64,000 nt of DNA from Octopus vulgaris (Eukaryota). The translations under genes and the position numbers were made by a program. Positions 13,013 through 27,951 of the stretch are shown here, piece after piece; within the stretch, counting starts at the first letter, position 1; the number at the start of each line of letters is the position of its first letter. The notes beneath the pieces are model-generated. The model saw only the letters and a program-made list of their open reading frames with translations, searched no databases and was not told the DNA's origin. Location of the stretch: assembly GCA_951406725.2 (NCBI GenBank), contig OX597816.1, forward strand, positions 178,126,001 to 178,190,000. Direction: 5' to 3'.

Positions 13013-13242
13013 TATTTCTTTATTACCCACAAGGGGCTAAACACAGAGGGACAAACAAGGACAGACATAGGTATTAAGTCGATTACATCGACCCCAGTGC
13101 GTAACTGGTACTTAATTTATCGACCCCGAAAGGATGAAAGGCAAAGTCGACCTCGGCGGAATTTGAACTCACAACGTAACGCAGATGAAATACCACTAAG
13201 CATTTCGCCCGACGTGCTAACATTTCTGCCAGCTCACCGCCT
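13013..13242 (-). mobile_element. tRNA-derived SINE family B, full length
   Basis: Head GGCGGTGAGCTGGCAGAAATG, B box GTTCAAATTCC, central GCCTTTCATCCTTTCGGGGTCGATAAA..AGTACCAG (resembles the MetaSINE domain, from memory). Confidence 0.85.
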
Positions 13243-13408
13243 TATTGCAAATACCACAAAACTAGTTTGTAGATGCCAGACCATCAAGGGGAAGCCACTG
13301 ACCTCCCCTGTTCGAATGTTAAATAGCTAGGTAGAGGCGATGGCCTCTTGAAGCTAATCAACGGCAGCATTCGACCTATTCTCCTGGACGGCGATGTTAG
13401 CCTGGCGA

Positions 13409-13466
<58 letters not shown>

Positions 13467-13473
13467 CATATGC

Positions 13474-15025
13474 ATACAAGAATTTTTTGCGTAATGCGAT
13501 AAAAAACCAAGGCTGTGTAGGTATTAGAACATTTATAGATAGAAGGTCTTACAGCTGTTTCCAGGATATTTATTAATTATATCCTTTCATCGGAGACGGT
13601 GTAAGAGGATGGTTAAGTAATAGTTAATTCAGATAGGATACAGAATAGAGAGTGAGGTGGAGGAAATAAAATAGATGTGAGATATGTAGGGATATTGAAT
13701 TGTAGATTCATTTTTTAAGCAGAATGGTATATGTGTAAGATTCCAATACCTCAATACCTTATGAGAAAAATCCAACAATATTTAAAATTGTTCATTCCAA
13801 GTATAGAGTTTCTACAAAGTGTAAGATTCCGATACCTTATGAGTAAGATCCAACAGTATTTAAAATTGGTCTTCCAAGTACAGAATTTATACACAATGTT
13901 GTAGTCAAAAGTTTTTATTTAAAGTGACCTAAAAATAGGGAGTGTATAAGTAGGGTCAAATCGAAATACGTGAGTGCGCATCTGTGCATATGCATGCGAG
14001 TAAGGATTGTATGTGTAAGAGTTGTATGTGTGAATATTGAGATATAAACATGTGTATAAATATATATACATACATGTCTGATATATACATATCTATACAT
14101 CTTCACATACATATTTTCCTATATTACTAAGCACTGAACTGCTAAACCATATAAATTCCTTAATTCTTCATTCATACTACTAACCCCCTCTCTCTGCCCC
14201 TACACTTAGACCCTACCGCTACACATTTGTCACTCCTTTACCTTTTACCACCACCCCCCATTCCTTCAATATTTTTACACTCTAATACCTTTCTCTCTCT
14301 ATCACCCCTTATCTCCCCACTCCTACTTTCAAATTATCTCCACTGACCACTAACTTATCTATATCTTCCTTTTTTCTTTTTCCTTCTTTCCTTTATTCCT
14401 CTCTTCAGGTTTTTTATTTTTTATTATTTTATTACTTTTCTTCTTACTTTCTTCTCTTTCTTCTCTCTCTTTTTTCTCTTCTTTTTCTCTTTCTCTATTC
14501 CCCTCTTCCTGTTTTCGATTTGACCCTACTTATACACTCCCTATTTTTAGGTCACTTTAAATAAAAACTCTATACTTGGAATGAACAATTTTAAATACTA
14601 TTGGATTTTTCTCATAAGGTATTGAGGTATTGGAATCTTATATGTATACCATTCTGCCTAAAAAAATGGATCTACAATTCAATATCCCTACATATCTCAC
14701 ATCTATTTTATTTCCTCCCCCATCACTCTCTATTCTGTATCCTATCTGAATTAACTATTACTTAACCATCCTCTCACACCATCTCCGATGAAGAGATATA
14801 ATTAATAAATATCCTGAAAACAGCTGTAAGACCTTCTATCTATAAATGTTCTATCAACACAGCCTTGGTTTTTTATTTCCATTACGCAAAAAATTCTTGT
14901 ATACACACGCTGACATATGACCAACGTTGAACCCCAAAATCAGCAAACCTAGAACTTAACTATGGTCTGTCTATAGCACTTATTCAACATTACCTGATAC
15001 CTTTGGGTCTCAATGACACCATTAC

Positions 15026-15030
<5 letters not shown>
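13474..15030. mobile_element. Large fold-back PLE pseudo-LTR-like element (outer arms ~13474-13810 / ~14568-14902; tail to ~15030)
   Basis: ~340 bp inverted arms plus an inner pair at ~13912-13965 / ~14515-14566. Hammerhead in each outer arm; same family at 49166-49430. Confidence 0.8.
13546..13597 (-). ncRNA. Type I hammerhead, U4C variant (mirror copy 14782-14831 +)
   Basis: GTCT-CCGATGA-A-AGGATAT-loop-ATATCCT-G-GAAAC-AGCT-GTA-AGAC. Confidence 0.72.
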
Positions 15031-15092
<62 letters not shown>

Positions 15093-15309
15093 GCATACAC
15101 TCACGCAAACACATACATACATACATACATACATAAATATATAAATTTCTTCTAAACTATGTCATTGTAAGAAAAAAATTGATAACATTCTTCAGACATA
15201 TTGACTCAAATATATATTTTTTAACCTTTTAAAACAAGCCTTCTGTAGTTTTTTCACTTTTTACTATTTTCTATATATTCAACCACGTGCTTTCACAAAC
15301 CAACTTTCT

Positions 15310-15547
<238 letters not shown>

Positions 15548-15688
15548 TCTGCATTTCTTCCTGTCGGGGATGGAAGTGATAAAATAATTTGCAGTCAGGT
15601 AATTATTTTATCACCTTTAATTAAATCGACTACAGTCCTGTTCGAAATGTGTACCCTCGGGACAAAACTGGAAATTATTATCGTCATA

Positions 15689-15759
<71 letters not shown>

Positions 15760-16656
15760 CACTACTACTACTACTACTACTACTAATACTACTATTCGGC
15801 TCTAGTGGCCAATGAATGAAATAATTATTATTGTTATTATTAGGTTGATGAGAGGTGAAGTAATAATGCCTGGTGATATTTAGTAACGTATCTTTACGTT
15901 CTGAAATCAAATGTAACCGAGATTACTTTTGCTTTTCATTCTTATGGATCGATAAAATAACAGCAAGTCCAGTGCTGGGTTGTATTTAATCGATTATACG
16001 TAGACACTGAATTTGTCACGTTGAGCCGATTTTAGAAACAGAAAGTTATTTGTTGGATCAGGAATGGCGGAAACGATACAGTAACGTACAAATTATCACA
16101 TGGCATTTAGTTATTTCCCTTTATAATTGGTCTGATTGTTCCGAGGCTGACTTTGCCTTTCATTCTTTCGGAGTCGATAAAATAAGGAACAGTTAAGTTC
16201 TGCAGTAGAGTTATTCGATTGTAACTTTCTCCAAAACGTCACGATTTTGTACAATCTTCTTTATATATATATATAATCATTATAACTAACCTAGAATTAA
16301 TTTTTTCTTTCATCTGCTATTTGTTGCAAACAGTATCACAGTTCACAGTAATGCCGTCGCCCCATGATTTTATTTCATTCCATTTAGCCGTTACAGTTGC
16401 TTCGAGTTCTTTTCGAACAATAATGCTGATGCACATAATATAGTGAGCCCTTTCCCCTTCAAATTCTAATTCTCATTAATAAAATTAACATTAACAGTGG
16501 ATAGAATATTACATAACAATTTACGACCAACAGCACCTCAATTACAACATTTCCACAAACCTATCACTGGTTCCTTACATTTGTGATGGCGAAAGGAACA
16601 AAATATATTTAGGTTTCTTGCCGTTGTTTACATCTTTACCAGTATAGAGAAGCAAA

Positions 16657-16701
<45 letters not shown>

Positions 16702-17282
16702 TACTTGGAGGAAACGAAACGAAACGACGCGAGGGCGCTCAGTCATACAATAGTGTAATAAATAAAATATATGCATACATACATACATATATGTACGTAC
16801 CTACATCTACATGTATATATACATGCATATATAAATATATATACGTGAGTACAGGACACCACAAATAGACGTAGAACTCAACGAGAAACGAAAACGTAAA
16901 AACAAACATGGAAACGGACATTTTTAACAACGAAAAAACAGAGTACAAGACAAACTACACAAGGAAAATTCCCCTTCATCAGCTGTCCCTAGTTCAACTC
17001 CAGCGTGTTTCGAAGAGGATGACAAGGAAGGAAGGGAAGGTCAAGCAAAGGGTTATATATATATATATATATACATTCAGCAAAATTTAGATTCAAATGA
17101 ATATGGTACTTAAGTCAGATGCACCAGAATTTTGTACGGTGTTATCCATATAAATCCATAGGGTGATTATAATCAAAATAAGCAACAAGAATACCTTCGG
17201 TAATTTGGTACGATCGTTTCACGCTACATCATTTTATGAAACATCACAATGTTTACCGAAGATATTCTTGTTGCTTATTTTG

Positions 17283-17333
<51 letters not shown>

Positions 17334-17500
17334 TAGCGGGACCCACGAATATTTCGCGGAATTAATAATGGGTTACTCCTGAAAACTATATCCAAAAGAC
17401 CTGAAGGCGTAACCTGTGTTGTGTCTGTATTAAAAGATAGTTGCTCATCTGCTATTTATTAAAAAGTGAAGGAAATTGGAATACGATGATTACTTAATGC

Positions 17501-17542
<42 letters not shown>

Positions 17543-17668
17543 ACAAAATAAGGGCAAAAGAAAAATTCTAATGCCAAATATGCCGAAAGAAAGACAAAAA
17601 TTGTCAAAAAACCATTATAATTTATGCGTCTCGAAACAAACCGATAGAAATTTTTAAGAAATTCGTTA

Positions 17669-17727
17669 TTACCGTATTGGTTCAATTTCGAGGTTAATTC
17701 ATAGAATTTTCCCCTCTTCAGCGGCAA
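17669..17727 (-). ncRNA. Type I hammerhead ribozyme (left arm)
   Basis: TTGCCG-CTGAAGA-GGGG...CCTC-GAAA-TTG-AAC-CAA-TA-CGGTAA. Confidence 0.8.
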
Positions 17728-17787
17728 ATACTTGGTGCTTGCTTTTTCGATGGATATGAATAAGTATTTCATTTATATCTCAAGTAT

Positions 17788-17846
17788 TTGCCGCTGAAGA
17801 GGGGAAAATTCTATGAATTAAGCCCGAAATTGGATCAATACGGTAA
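17788..17846 (+). ncRNA. Type I hammerhead ribozyme (right arm)
   Basis: TTGCCG-CTGAAGA-GGG...CCC-GAAA-TTG-GAT-CAA-TA-CGGTAA; 4 bp stem III, AUA site. Confidence 0.8.
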
Positions 17847-18186
17847 TAACGAATTTTTTAGAAATTTCTATCGGTTTGTTTCGAGACGCATAAATTATAA
17901 TGGTTATTTGACAATTTTTGTCTTTCTTTCGGCATATTTGTCATTAGAATTTTTCTTTTGCCCTTATTTTGTAAACAATTTATAAATTTAACCTTTAAAG
18001 GTATTTTTTGATATGCTGGCCATTGATAAAAAATTTTTCTCGAAAAAACTTTTTATCCTACATTAGTTATATATATATATATATATATTTAATCCAAACA
18101 TGAAAACACAAAAAAAACACAACAACGCGAGGACGTGGAACAAATATAGTGTTATTGGACGCTCAGGAAGGAAGAGAAGAAGGAGG

Positions 18187-18221
18187 GTTTAACGTTTCGA
18201 GCGGAGATCTTCGTCAGAAAC
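18187..18221 (-). ncRNA. Ultra-minimal hammerhead in an element at ~18090-18290
   Basis: GTTT-CTGACGA-A-GATC-TCC-GCTC-GAA-ACGT-T-AAAC. Helix III is reduced to the palindrome ACGT; same family as 5880-5966. Confidence 0.6.
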
Positions 18222-18438
18222 ATAGGAAAAGGAAAGATCCAGAGAAGGGAAGACGGAGGGAAAAAATCGCCAACGTTACACACGCGGCCACATTTATATA
18301 TATATATATATATATATAGTTTATGTGCTTTATGCAAAATTTTATAGGCTTAAAACACAGCACTAATAAAATAAATATTCACTCGTATTTTTCCATTTTC
18401 CCCATAAACAGAAAAAAATACATTTTGAAATTTACATA

Positions 18439-18636
18439 GGCGCAGGAATAGCTGTGTGGTAAGTAGCTTGTTTACTAGCCACATGGTTCCGGGTTCAGTC
18501 CCACTGCGTGGCACCTTGGGCAAGTGTCTTCTACTATAGCCTAGGGCCGACCAAAGCCTTGTGAGTGGATTTGGTAGACGGACGAAAACTGAAAGAAGCC
18601 CGTCGTATATATGTATATATATATATATATATGTGT

Positions 18637-18677
<41 letters not shown>

Positions 18678-18857
18678 TGTGTTTGTCCCCCTAGCATTTA
18701 TTTATGTCCCCGTTACTTAGCGGTTCGGCAAAAGAGATCGATAGAATAAGTACTGGGCTTACAAAGAATAAGTCCCGGGGTCGAGTTGCTCGATTAAAGG
18801 CAGTGCTCCAGCATGGCCGCAGTCAAATGACTGAAACAAGTAAAAGAGTAAAAGAGT
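18439..18857 (+). mobile_element. SINE family A
   Basis: Full match with AAAAGAGT tail. Confidence 0.9.
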
Positions 18858-19404
18858 ATAGTCTCAATTTCATGTTTAGAAATCAAAACCTTTACTTTAA
18901 AAAAAATTATTTTGTATGTAAAATATAGGGGTCACTATTTCACAGGGGTAAACATTTAATGCAACATGGCATAATCTGAAAACCACATAGTTGATAACCT
19001 ATAAGCCAAGGTGATTGATCAGAGCCAATACACATTTCAATTTGCATACATCTTTCAATCCAATCCTTCTTTGCAGACTATGTTCTTCGTATAGGTTCTC
19101 CATTTGTTTGTCAATGTTGATAACTTTAACTCTCACATCAGATAATTTGCGAACCCTGAGAATGTAACATATAACTAACCATGGCCGAATACAAGTTCAG
19201 GCAAGACAGCCCCACTTTATCAAATGTATGCCCTTGTGATTTATTGATAGTCATTGCTTATGACAGGCGAACGGGAAAGTGGTTTCTTTCTAAAGTGAAT
19301 GGCAAGTTTGGGATGTGTAGTTCAATTTTAAAAAAATCCCCTTCACTATGTATTCACCATCACCACCTCCATCACCATCATCACCACCGCCATCACCACC
19401 AGCA

Positions 19405-19459
<55 letters not shown>

Positions 19460-19884
19460 TTTTCTTTAATCTCACCATCAGAACATCACCCATCAGCTAA
19501 AATTATATTCCTAACTCTTCTCTATGTCACTACTGTCAACTAACTTTTTTAACCACGTCATAATTATTACGTTCCCCCAACCACGTATCACGGACGCTTC
19601 TCTCTCCCTCATTTTCTGTCTCCGTCTTTTCTCTCTCCCTCTTTTTGTTTCTCTCTCTTTCTGCCTCATTCTTCACCTTATCCTCTTTTTCTCCCCCACC
19701 CCTTCTTTGCTCGTTTTCACTTTTCCTTCAATTAATCGAGCGAAAGCGTTACAATTACGTTTCCTCAGCCAACGTCATGGACGCTTCTCTATCCCTCCTT
19801 TTCTCTCTTACTCCTTTTCTCTAATCACGTGAAAGCGTTACCGACGGGCTAAGTAACGTAATGGAAAGCGGAATTATTATAAGA

Positions 19885-19966
<82 letters not shown>

Positions 19967-19984
19967 TGTGTGCGTGCGTGTGTT

Positions 19985-20523
19985 TACGAGTAAAGGCCGA
20001 AAAGTTCCTGGTTTTAAGGGTATCACGAAAGGCCTGGTTCTTTTTCAGGGCTTAGAAAAAAATTGCAACAAGTGTGTGAATCTGAGAAGAGAATATGTTG
20101 AATAAAATCTTAGGCGCAGGAGTGGCTGTGTGGTAAGTAGCTTGCTAACCAGCCACATGGTTCCGGGTTCAGTCCCACTGCGTGGCATCTTGGGCAAGTG
20201 TCTTCTGCTATAGCCCCGGGCCGACCAATGCCTTGTGAGTGGATTTGGTAGACGGAAACTGAAAGAAGCCTGTCGTATATATGTGTATATATATGTATGT
20301 GTGTTTGTTTGTGTGTCTGTGTTTGTCCCCCTAGCATTGCTTGACAACCGATGCTGGTGTGTTTATGTCCCCGTTACTTAGCGGTTCGGCAAAAGAGACC
20401 GATAGCATAAGTACTGGGCTTACAAAGAATAAGTCCCGGGGTCGATTTGCTCGACTAAAGGCGGTGCTCCAGCATGGCCGCAGTCAAATGACTGAAACAA
20501 GTAAAAGAGTAAAAGAGTAAAGA

Positions 20524-20569
<46 letters not shown>

Positions 20570-20731
20570 GCAGGAGTGGCTGTGTGGTAGGTAGCTTGCT
20601 AACCAACCACATGGTTCTGGGTTCAATCCTACTGCGTGGCATCTTGGGCAAGTGTCTTCTGCTATAGCCCCAGGCCGACCAATGCCTTGTGAGTAGATTT
20701 GGTAGACGGAAACTGAAAGAAGCCTGTCGTA

Positions 20732-20784
<53 letters not shown>

Positions 20785-21065
20785 GTATGGGTGTGTGTGT
20801 CTCTGTGTGTCCCCCTAGCATTGCTTGACAACCGATGCTGGTGTGTTTATGTCCCCGTTACTTAGCGGTTTGGCAAAAAGAGACCGATAGCATAAGTACT
20901 GGGCTTACAAAGAATAAGTCCCGGGGTCGATTTGCTCGACTAAAGGCGGTGCTCCAGCATGGCCGCAGTCAAATGACTGAAACAAGTAAAAGAGTAAAGA
21001 GAGTTAACTGGTCCTCCTATGTTTTCTTTTATTCAAAGCCAGGAACATCTCAGCACCCCCGCGTA
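19985..21065 (+). mobile_element. Non-autonomous mariner-type element hosting two SINEs
   Basis: Imperfect TIRs TACGAG..GAAAAGTTCCTGGTTTT / AAAGCCAGGAACATCTCAG..CGTA, and a mariner C-terminal remnant (..KCVNLRREYVE*). Confidence 0.65.
20113..21004 (+). mobile_element. Two tandem SINE family A copies (20113-20524, 20568-21004)
   Basis: Both near full length, sharing variants GGCATCTTG, GATAGCATAAG and CCAATGCC. Confidence 0.92.
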
Positions 21066-22384
21066 TATATAATATATATGTGTATGTATATGTGTGTGTA
21101 TACAGAGAGAGAGAGAGAGACGGACGGACGGACGGACGGACGGAGAGAGAAAGGGAGAGAGAGAGAAAGAAAGTAGAGGGAGAGAAAGGCGGATTTCCAT
21201 AGTCCTCGTCTATCAAATTCCCAATAAGATATCCGAGACTGTGGTAGAAGAGACTTGCACATCCTCCTGCATGGTTGATTCGAAACAGACTTTTTAACTA
21301 CACAGCCATGCCTTCGCATGGCTTGTGCAAAAGAAGATTACTTTTATAAGGAAAATATATAATTAATATTCAGGAAATTTAATGTTTTCATTAAAAAACG
21401 ATCTGTATAATCTGGATTTATCAACATATTAATTGAGCAAATTCATTTTGAAAGGGACAAGATTGATCTCAAACTTTACAAATGGCCCAAATTTTAGGAA
21501 TTAAAGCTAAAATCTACCAAATAGAATGGTTCAAGAAGATGCTGATCTCTGAAGTCCAGTACATGAAAAGGAACAGCATACATGCAAAAGTTGCTTCTTA
21601 TTAAAAGTTATTGTTTTTGGCACTGTGTATCAGAGAACAACCACCAAGGGTCGACCGTTGTATAGACGGGTTATTTCCCAACATTAAATGAAGGTTAAAC
21701 ACTAAATTCTCCAATAAAGAACGTCTTTCGATGAAAAATTGAGTTTGAATTCTCTTGTCTACCATATTTGAATGTGAAGTATTTTTGAAGCTTCCTGATT
21801 ATGTTTTCAAAATTCCGTACACTTTTACACTTTTTGAAGTGGTATATCTCGTTCAACAACTATATTCACGATTGTGTTTGATAACAGCAAGATGTTTAAC
21901 AAATATTCACTTGACGTTTTAAACTCTTCATCGAGTTCATTTCCACCAGACTTTGAATAATATGCTGGCGTTACCAACAGAAAATGCCGATTCAATGGTC
22001 CACTGAAAGGTGTTGTGAATGTCACAAGCGTAGGATAATATACAGATGAGCGTGTGCACTGGCGCGCGCATGCGTGTGTGAGTCGTGAGAGAAAGGGGAA
22101 GAGAGAGCTGGTTTTTCATTGGATGCTTCCATTGCAAGGAAGAGATACATCTAACTAGGAAACCATCCTATGTCCCTTTTTGTTTGCCAAATAAGGAAAA
22201 AATATATCATGTGATCTTTATTTGTTTATTTAACATGGCTTACTGTTTCTGTGCTTTGTAGTGGCGATGGGAGGGGTCTCGTTTCAGTTATAATGTTCAT
22301 AATCTTTGCAGATAGAATCTTTTATTTCGATTTTGTATGCATATCAACATTGACAAACAAGTGGAGAATTTCGATTATGTATGC

Positions 22385-22441
22385 ATAGCTAGCTAGCTAG
22401 CTAGCTAGATAGATAGATAGATAGATAGGTAGGTAGGTAGG

Positions 22442-22494
<53 letters not shown>

Positions 22495-22641
22495 GGATGG
22501 ATGGATGGATGGATGGATGGATGGATGGATGGATGGATGGATGGATGGATGGATGGATGGATAAAGACAGAGAGAGATAGACAGACATATATCGATACAC
22601 ATACACACGCACACACGCATAAATATATATGTGTGTGTGAC

Positions 22642-22716
<75 letters not shown>

Positions 22717-22765
22717 TAGACAAACAGACTGACAGGTACACAAACAGACAAACATACATACATGA
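22385..22765 (+). repeat. Compound GATA/GGAT/GA/GACA microsatellite
   Basis: Directly visible. Confidence 0.95.
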
Positions 22766-23159
22766 TTGCATACATACTTGAAGGTATGAAGTTAATGAAT
22801 CTGATGTCAAAAGTAAACAATCGCGCATATGAACACATGTCTATTCCCTACAATCACATTTTCTAATGACGACTTCCATATTTTCGAACATTAACATCAT
22901 CCGCCATATTGTCGTTGGCCTCTTGAAGGCTCTTCCAACAGTACAGTTACTTGCCTCTGTGGCATCAACGCTGTTAACAGCTAAACTATTCTCAAGTGTC
23001 CCATTTCTTCGTCATTATGGTCAAACAAGTAACTTTTAATATATTCATTTCAATTCAAATAGTAAACGTTTATCTAAAGATGATTAAGATGACTACCAAA
23101 TGGTCGGTACATACGCATGATGACTACAACGTCAGAGGGTCTATTATCTATTATAGCTA

Positions 23160-23350
23160 TTTCTTTACTGCCCACAAGGGGCTAAACACAGAAGGGACAA
23201 ACAAGGACATACATAGGTATTAAGTCGATTACATCGACTCCAGTGCGTAACTGGTACTTAATTTATAGACCCCGAAAGGATGAAAGGCAAAGTGGACCTC
23301 GGCGGAATTTGAACCCAGAACGTAACGGCAGACGAAATACGGCTACGCAT
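23160..23350 (-). mobile_element. SINE family B, 5'-truncated
   Basis: Matches 13013-13242. Confidence 0.85.
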
Positions 23351-23929
23351 CAGTCACCATTCACAGTCTGTTTGAAAGATTGTCGAATTTGAATAAGCTG
23401 AATGACAACTTCAATCTGAGATTGAGTGCAGGAATGGTTTCCCGTTGACTTTTCCAAATTCTGCAGTTTAAGTTTCATTAGCTTAGAACACATTATAAGC
23501 TAATAGAAATGGATTAATTCGTTAATTAGACAATAAGTTTTTCACTGTAAGGCGTACCTTCTCATGATATTTACTTAAAGCTACGTCTTGGAGTAGAGAG
23601 ATTTAAGGGTTTTGACTATAGATATATTGCGGCGCCGGTGATGAGAGACAGGACGACGACGCTTTGCCCAGTTGTCGGATTTCTACAGATTTGGCATAAA
23701 ACGAGTTTGTGGAAGAGTAATTCACCACAAAATGAAGTTGAGTGTTTTTAGCTTTCATAGCGAACTCTATCGTGAGATGGATAGTATAAGATTTGCACTT
23801 TCAGGGATTGTTGTTCACTGCTTCACACATTAGACCAACGGGTTTTTTGGGGTTATTTTTGCCTATGGACCTGTTTGATTCCTATTTTACTCAGCGGTGG
23901 GGATGATTCTCATAGCCATTCAATATCTA

Positions 23930-24125
23930 AAAACTCCTATTATATTTTTATGATTAATTTTTTTTTTATAATTGTATTAAAAACTGTTAAAATATTTTAT
24001 GCATTGTAAAAATATAACCGATTTATTGCATATAAATTTTAACAAAATCTTTTATGGACCCCACTCCCCTAGGCTATATGGACCCCACTCCTCAGGGCCA
24101 TATGGCTCCCAGTTGAGAACCACTG
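23930..24125. mobile_element. hAT-like MITE remnant
   Basis: Right end GTTGAGAACCACTG (CAGTGGTTCTCAAC-type TIR) with subterminal TATGGACCCC repeats. Left end not resolved. Confidence 0.55.
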
Positions 24126-25488
24126 CATTAGACAGATCCCAGTTAAAGATGCTTTGAATGAAGAATTGTTGGGGGTATAACAGGGTATACAGCATCATGA
24201 TATGGAATATATCTTAACAGAGACTTGTTAAGATACATTGATATTAATGTTTAGACTCAAGTCAGTCCTGATCGAGAAGACTTATCCTCAAAGACGTTCT
24301 AGCCATGACTGTCCAGACTTCTTCATTTATATGTATTTCCTTCCTTTTATAGTGATAGGGCGGGATTCGCTGAAAAGTAGGCTGCTATGTCTAAGAGGAC
24401 TTCGTAGTAACTCCTTCATTGGCTGGCAAATTAAATCTGTATCTTTTCACATAAAGTGAAAAAAGTAAAAACATAATAATACTTGGCTTGATTATAGAAT
24501 AAGGGCGGGCAATATATTCTTCACAAAGAATAATAAAGACGATGGAGGAGGATAGAAGATAAACTTTCAGAATATCATTAGTTTAACACATGACATGAGT
24601 ACTAGCAATGATATGGCGAATACTTCGTCAAATACTTTGTCAAATATTTACTATAACTGTGCAAAATTTCTTCAGAAAACGTTTAATAAAAATAAAAAAG
24701 TAAATTCGAAGAAGAATACTGTCTTCCAAACCACACAAAAACATTGCTGTTGTTGTTGTCGATGACGATGACGATGATGATGATGATGATGATGATGATG
24801 ATAATGATGTCGCCGATATCATCGTCTTGTCATTTAACCCAATGTCAGCTATAAACGAATTACCAGATGTTGAAAGACAACAACCCATCTTTTAAACAAA
24901 AAGTATATCTAAGAATAATTAATCATTGCGTCCTATACAGAAGGGTGAGATATGAAAATGTGGCTGCTATTCCCATCACATCAAACACCTGTCATACAGT
25001 GTCCCGCATCCGCTCACTATGATGGTGACAGTGCTATCTCATGGCAGAGGCACACAGAGCAGTCACCCGCGGAGGTGGGGATCCCGGGTCTTACGTGGCC
25101 AGTTATGGTTTATGTATGATGCAGTTTACTTTAGAATATAAAAGCCCAAAGAGCCCACCACACCCATTTGCCCGGAAAGGCTTATAATGTTGCTAGGACG
25201 ACTCCGAACTGGAATGGAAAGATGGATTTTTCTGGGCATAAACTAGTGGTAGATTAAATCCATTATCCGGTTTAACACCGGATTGATCGTTGATCGTTGG
25301 ACGCCCTGAACCGAGTAAACTGACGATATACTCTTCATTTTCTCCCACCAACATTGCTGAACATGAAAAGCAACTTGCATAACACATACATGTATGTATG
25401 TACGAAAATATTTCTATGTGCATATACATAAATACATATATGTGTGTGTATGTGAGTGAGTGTGTGTGTCTGTGGGCGTACGTGCGTG

Positions 25489-25566
<78 letters not shown>

Positions 25567-25627
25567 CATACATATATATGTTTATACATATATATATTTA
25601 TATGTAATTGTGTGTGTTTATAGGGAA

Positions 25628-25663
<36 letters not shown>

Positions 25664-25668
25664 GCTAT

Positions 25669-26441
25669 AGGCGCAGCAGTGACTGTGTGGTAAGAAGCTT
25701 GCTCCGAACCACATGATTCCGGGTTCAGTCCCACTGCATGGTAACTCGGGCAAGTGTTTTCTACTATAGCCTTGGGCCGACCAATGCCTTATGAGTAGAT
25801 TTGTGAGACGGAAAGTGAAATAAGCCCGTCGTATTTACAAATATATGAGTGTGTCCCTGTGTGCCGGTGCTTGTCCCCCATCGCCGCGTGTGAACGGGTG
25901 TTGTTGTGTTTACATCCCCGCAAAGCAGCGGTTCGGCAAAAAGACACCTCTAGAATAAGTACCAGGCTTAAAAAATAAAAGAAAATTACTGGGGTCGATT
26001 CATTCGACTTAAATTCTTCAAGTCGGTGCCCCAGCATGGCCGCTGTCGAATGGATGAAAGCAAGTGGCTGTGTGGTAAGTAGCTTGCTAACCAACCACAT
26101 GGTTCCGGGTTCAGTCCCACTGCGTGGCATCTTGGGCAAGTGTCTTCTGCTATAGCCCCGGGCCGACCAATGCCTTGTGAGTGGATTTGGTAGACGGAAA
26201 CTGAAAGAAGCCTGTCGTATATATGTATATATATGTGTGTGTGTCTGTGTTTGTCCCCCTAGCATTGCTTGACAACCGATGCTGGTGTGTTTACGTCCCC
26301 GTCACTTAGCGGTTCGGCAAAAAATAGACCGATAGAATAAGTACTGGGCTTACAAAGAATAAGTCCCGGGGTCGATTTGTTCGACTAAAGGCGGTGCTCC
26401 AGCATGGCCGCAGTCAAATGACTGAAACAAGTAAAAGAGTA
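25669..26441 (+). mobile_element. Two SINE family A copies (older 25669-~26050; younger ~26063-26441)
   Basis: Head, body and tail matches; the first copy is more diverged. Confidence 0.88.
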
Positions 26442-26455
26442 AATGTATATATGTG

Positions 26456-26648
<193 letters not shown>

Positions 26649-27884
26649 GTACACATATATAAATACACATATTCTGTCAGCAGTGCTGCTGCATGGCCAC
26701 ATCATATATATGTGTGTACGTGTGTAAGTATGCCTATAAGCATGAACCAGTCTCGAGATATATGTACGATTCGAGATAAGCTCACATATTCACTTTCCAG
26801 TATTTTGTTTCCACTTAATGTTGATCGTTTGTCATAATGTTATATTTTTATGATTGTTATTGATATTTATTCCCTTGTCACCACTTATGAAGCCGGCCTA
26901 TGATCAAAGACATTTCAAATATGACCATTCTGCCTCTTTGTTAACATGGGATTATGTAGCCTGGGATGTGATAGCCGTGTTTTTTAAGACGCTAAAGTGT
27001 GAATTAGCTGTTATTTTTAGCGTGCATAAAACTAGTTATGTATTGCCTTTTTGGATTGTTGGGAGCAGCGGTAGTCGATACAAAAGACTTGTAGTTTTAG
27101 GAAAGATAAAACTGCGAAGTTATGAGTTTCATGCTTGTCGCAAGTACATTAGCGGCAGATTTGTGAAACGGTTGACTATTTTAACGACTTTTAACGTCTG
27201 ATATCTTTTGGAATACATAAATGAGAATTTGTAACATTCATGCTTTCCTGAGAATAGTTGATTTGTTTTTGAAAAGACAACGCTAATTTTGAGAGTTGAT
27301 TGGAACTATTAAATGCTGTGTATTACTAGCATTTATAAATCGAGTGAGGGATGAAACACAAAGTTAACTAAACCCCGCGAGATTCGATCTCGGAAAGCAA
27401 AGAGACGAAAGTAAACAGTGTAACGCAGGTAATTCAGCACTTTGCCACTGCCCTCGGGGAGAGTAATTTATCATAGAACACGTTCAATGTCTTTGAGCAC
27501 AATACAATGAACTGCAACGGACACACACAAACACACACACACGCGCACTCACACACAATTTCCCTATAGACGTTGGAGCATACACACACGCATGCACGTA
27601 TACACGCAGCGCACTTATCCAAATGCACACGCAGCAATGAATAAGTGATACAGACACACACGCGGTCACGAGAACAAGTACAGAAAACGAGCGCAGCACG
27701 CAGGAATGTACGCACAGAAAGACTGCGTACAACAAACGGTACGCAAACTTTCAATGACACACGCACACAAACGTCTACAGATTGACAGAAAGAATCAGGA
27801 ATATTCGAACAGCGAGCTTTTGCTTAGTTTATAATGTAAATTAAAGGGAAAACTGTAAACAGTACTTTCTTACACTTAATTTGT

Positions 27885-27951
<67 letters not shown>

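Larger units (their letters stand above)
17540..18070. mobile_element. Fold-back PLE pseudo-LTR-like element (arms ~17540-17733 / ~17781-17974; tail to ~18070)
   Basis: ~190 bp inverted arms flanked by (TA)n on both sides; hammerhead in each arm. Confidence 0.82.

Noticed and set aside
16970-17020. Minus-strand GAAAC...CTGATGA as a type II hammerhead
   Set aside because: I could not form stems I and III or a UH site convincingly.
22990-23030. Minus-strand FDHNDEEM as GCH1 exon 2
   Set aside because: It is followed by GHLRIV* rather than VIVKDI..FSMCEHH; chance similarity.
23350-23830. Possible extra PLE RT remnant on the minus strand
   Set aside because: Only faint motifs (FKFDN..KQ); too decayed to call.
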